A DNA stretch of 64,000 nt, from assembly GCA_965153285.1 (NCBI GenBank), contig OZ229114.1. One strand, 5' to 3'. This document shows, one piece after another, positions 62,806-64,000 of the stretch; the first letter of the stretch is position 1, and the number at the start of each line of letters is the position of its first letter. The notes below the pieces were generated by a model that saw only the letters and a program-made list of their open reading frames with translations, had not been told where the DNA came from and ran no database searches. The stretch comes from Podarcis tiliguerta. Its lineage: Eukaryota. Both the position numbers and the translations under genes were made by a program.

Positions 62806-64000
62806 TACAACACTAGTGATTAAAAACCCAAAAGGAGTAAGAATAAAGACAACACCTGTCTTTCTGTACTGATAGTTTGAAAGTGTTAAGATACCTGAAG
62901 GCTGCAATACTATATAAGTATCCTCTGGACTAAGTCCCACAGAAGTCCAACACACAGCTGTCAAGTAAATATGTATAGCATAGGGTTGAAGGGGGGGAGA
63001 AACACCCAGAATTTGCAAAGATTGTCAGAAGATTATAATTCTCTATGAGCAAACAGAGTTATCATGCATAGCTGCTAGAGAATTAATCACCAGTCCTACG
63101 TAGATTTTTACAGATCCCATCAAGACTAATGATGTCAAAGCTGTGCTCAGCTACTCAGTCCACTGAGGACTAGGTCACCATGCCCCTACCAAAAATAATT
63201 TAAGAGTCTGAAAATAGGCTGCATTCAGACCTCTTAACAGACATTTCTGAAAAAATAACTTCTGGATTTCTATCTCTTGCTTTTATGCTGAAATGGCATT
63301 TGTGAAGAAAAATCCAGAAACTGCTATGTTGCAAACTATCTTTCAAAACTACATCCCATCTCCTATGTCTGAGCTTGCAGTTTGGCAAAGCTCATGATTT
63401 ACTGACATCACCTGAACCGGGGTTCATCTTAAGAGTCTGTTATGTGTTCCTTTCACTAACAGACTCAAATCAGCTATTCTAACAGTATGAAGACTTTGTT
63501 TCTGCTCCTAATCTTTCTTAGAAACTTATCAGCCTGCCCCAAACACAAATAACTTATGCAATTGCCAAGACCGCCTAATTAAAAATGGCCACAATTTACC
63601 TCCACAATGTATGCTCGGTTCTGCTGCAATATACTATGCTAATTCATTCACTGACATTTAAGGAATATTAATTTTTCTACATAATCTGAATGGACAAATT
63701 TTAAATGTGTATATCCAGTTTCCTACAGAATATGTACAATGCTATCAATGTGCATGTGCTTACGGTTGTAGGAAGGTGTCTGAAAGATGAGACATGCGGG
63801 CATTGTGCACATGTTTGGGAGAGCCATCTCGGGCAGCCTTTCATTGTGGGAGCACCCTTATTTCTAGAGGAGCTGGGAGGGCCCTTGAAAGCATGCATAT
63901 ACGTGTTTCACTCGGGGTCAGCGGCACCTTTGACATGACTGATCTCGCGCCTCCTGTCTGTCTGCCTGCCGCTGCCAGGCAGGCGGCGCGAGATCAGTCG

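Noticed and set aside
1-64000. Prokaryote-type systems (operons, CRISPR, defence islands), endogenous viral genes or intact autonomous transposons
   Set aside because: No long ORFs and no transposase, RT or viral motifs beyond short LINE C-terminal remnants. The window is explained by two spliced vertebrate genes and non-autonomous repeats.

Overview
Vertebrate nuclear DNA from a squamate reptile, most likely a lacertid lizard (inferred from Sauria SINEs, tRNA-headed SINEs with CR1 tails, and squamate-type MITEs). Two protein-coding genes lie tail to tail. On the + strand is RASGEF1A: 12 coding exons from ATG 4004 to TGA 39228 (1428 nt, 475 aa), with all exon phases joining in frame, one non-canonical GC-AG intron (donor 30361), and a probable ~4.3 kb 3' UTR ending near AATAAA 43564; its first exon/promoter appears to lie upstream of the window. 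On the - strand are the last six coding exons of CSGALNACT2 (60686 down to stop 52258); its 5' exons lie beyond the window end. This matches the conserved amniote RET-CSGALNACT2-RASGEF1A block as I recall it. Introns and the ~7 kb intergenic gap hold Sauria SINEs with target-site duplications, tRNA-Lys- and tRNA-Ile-headed SINEs, CR1/L2/L1 3' fragments, hAT and Tc1/mariner(pogo)-type MITEs and microsatellites. I see no convincing wholly new biological system. The best leads are the GC-AG intron, an inverted pair of young hAT MITEs in one intron, a tRNA-Ile(GAT)-headed SINE family, a candidate 47-nt poison exon, and 3' UTR hairpin and miRNA-site clusters. Apart from ORFs overlapping these exons or LINE fragments, the supplied ORF track looks spurious.
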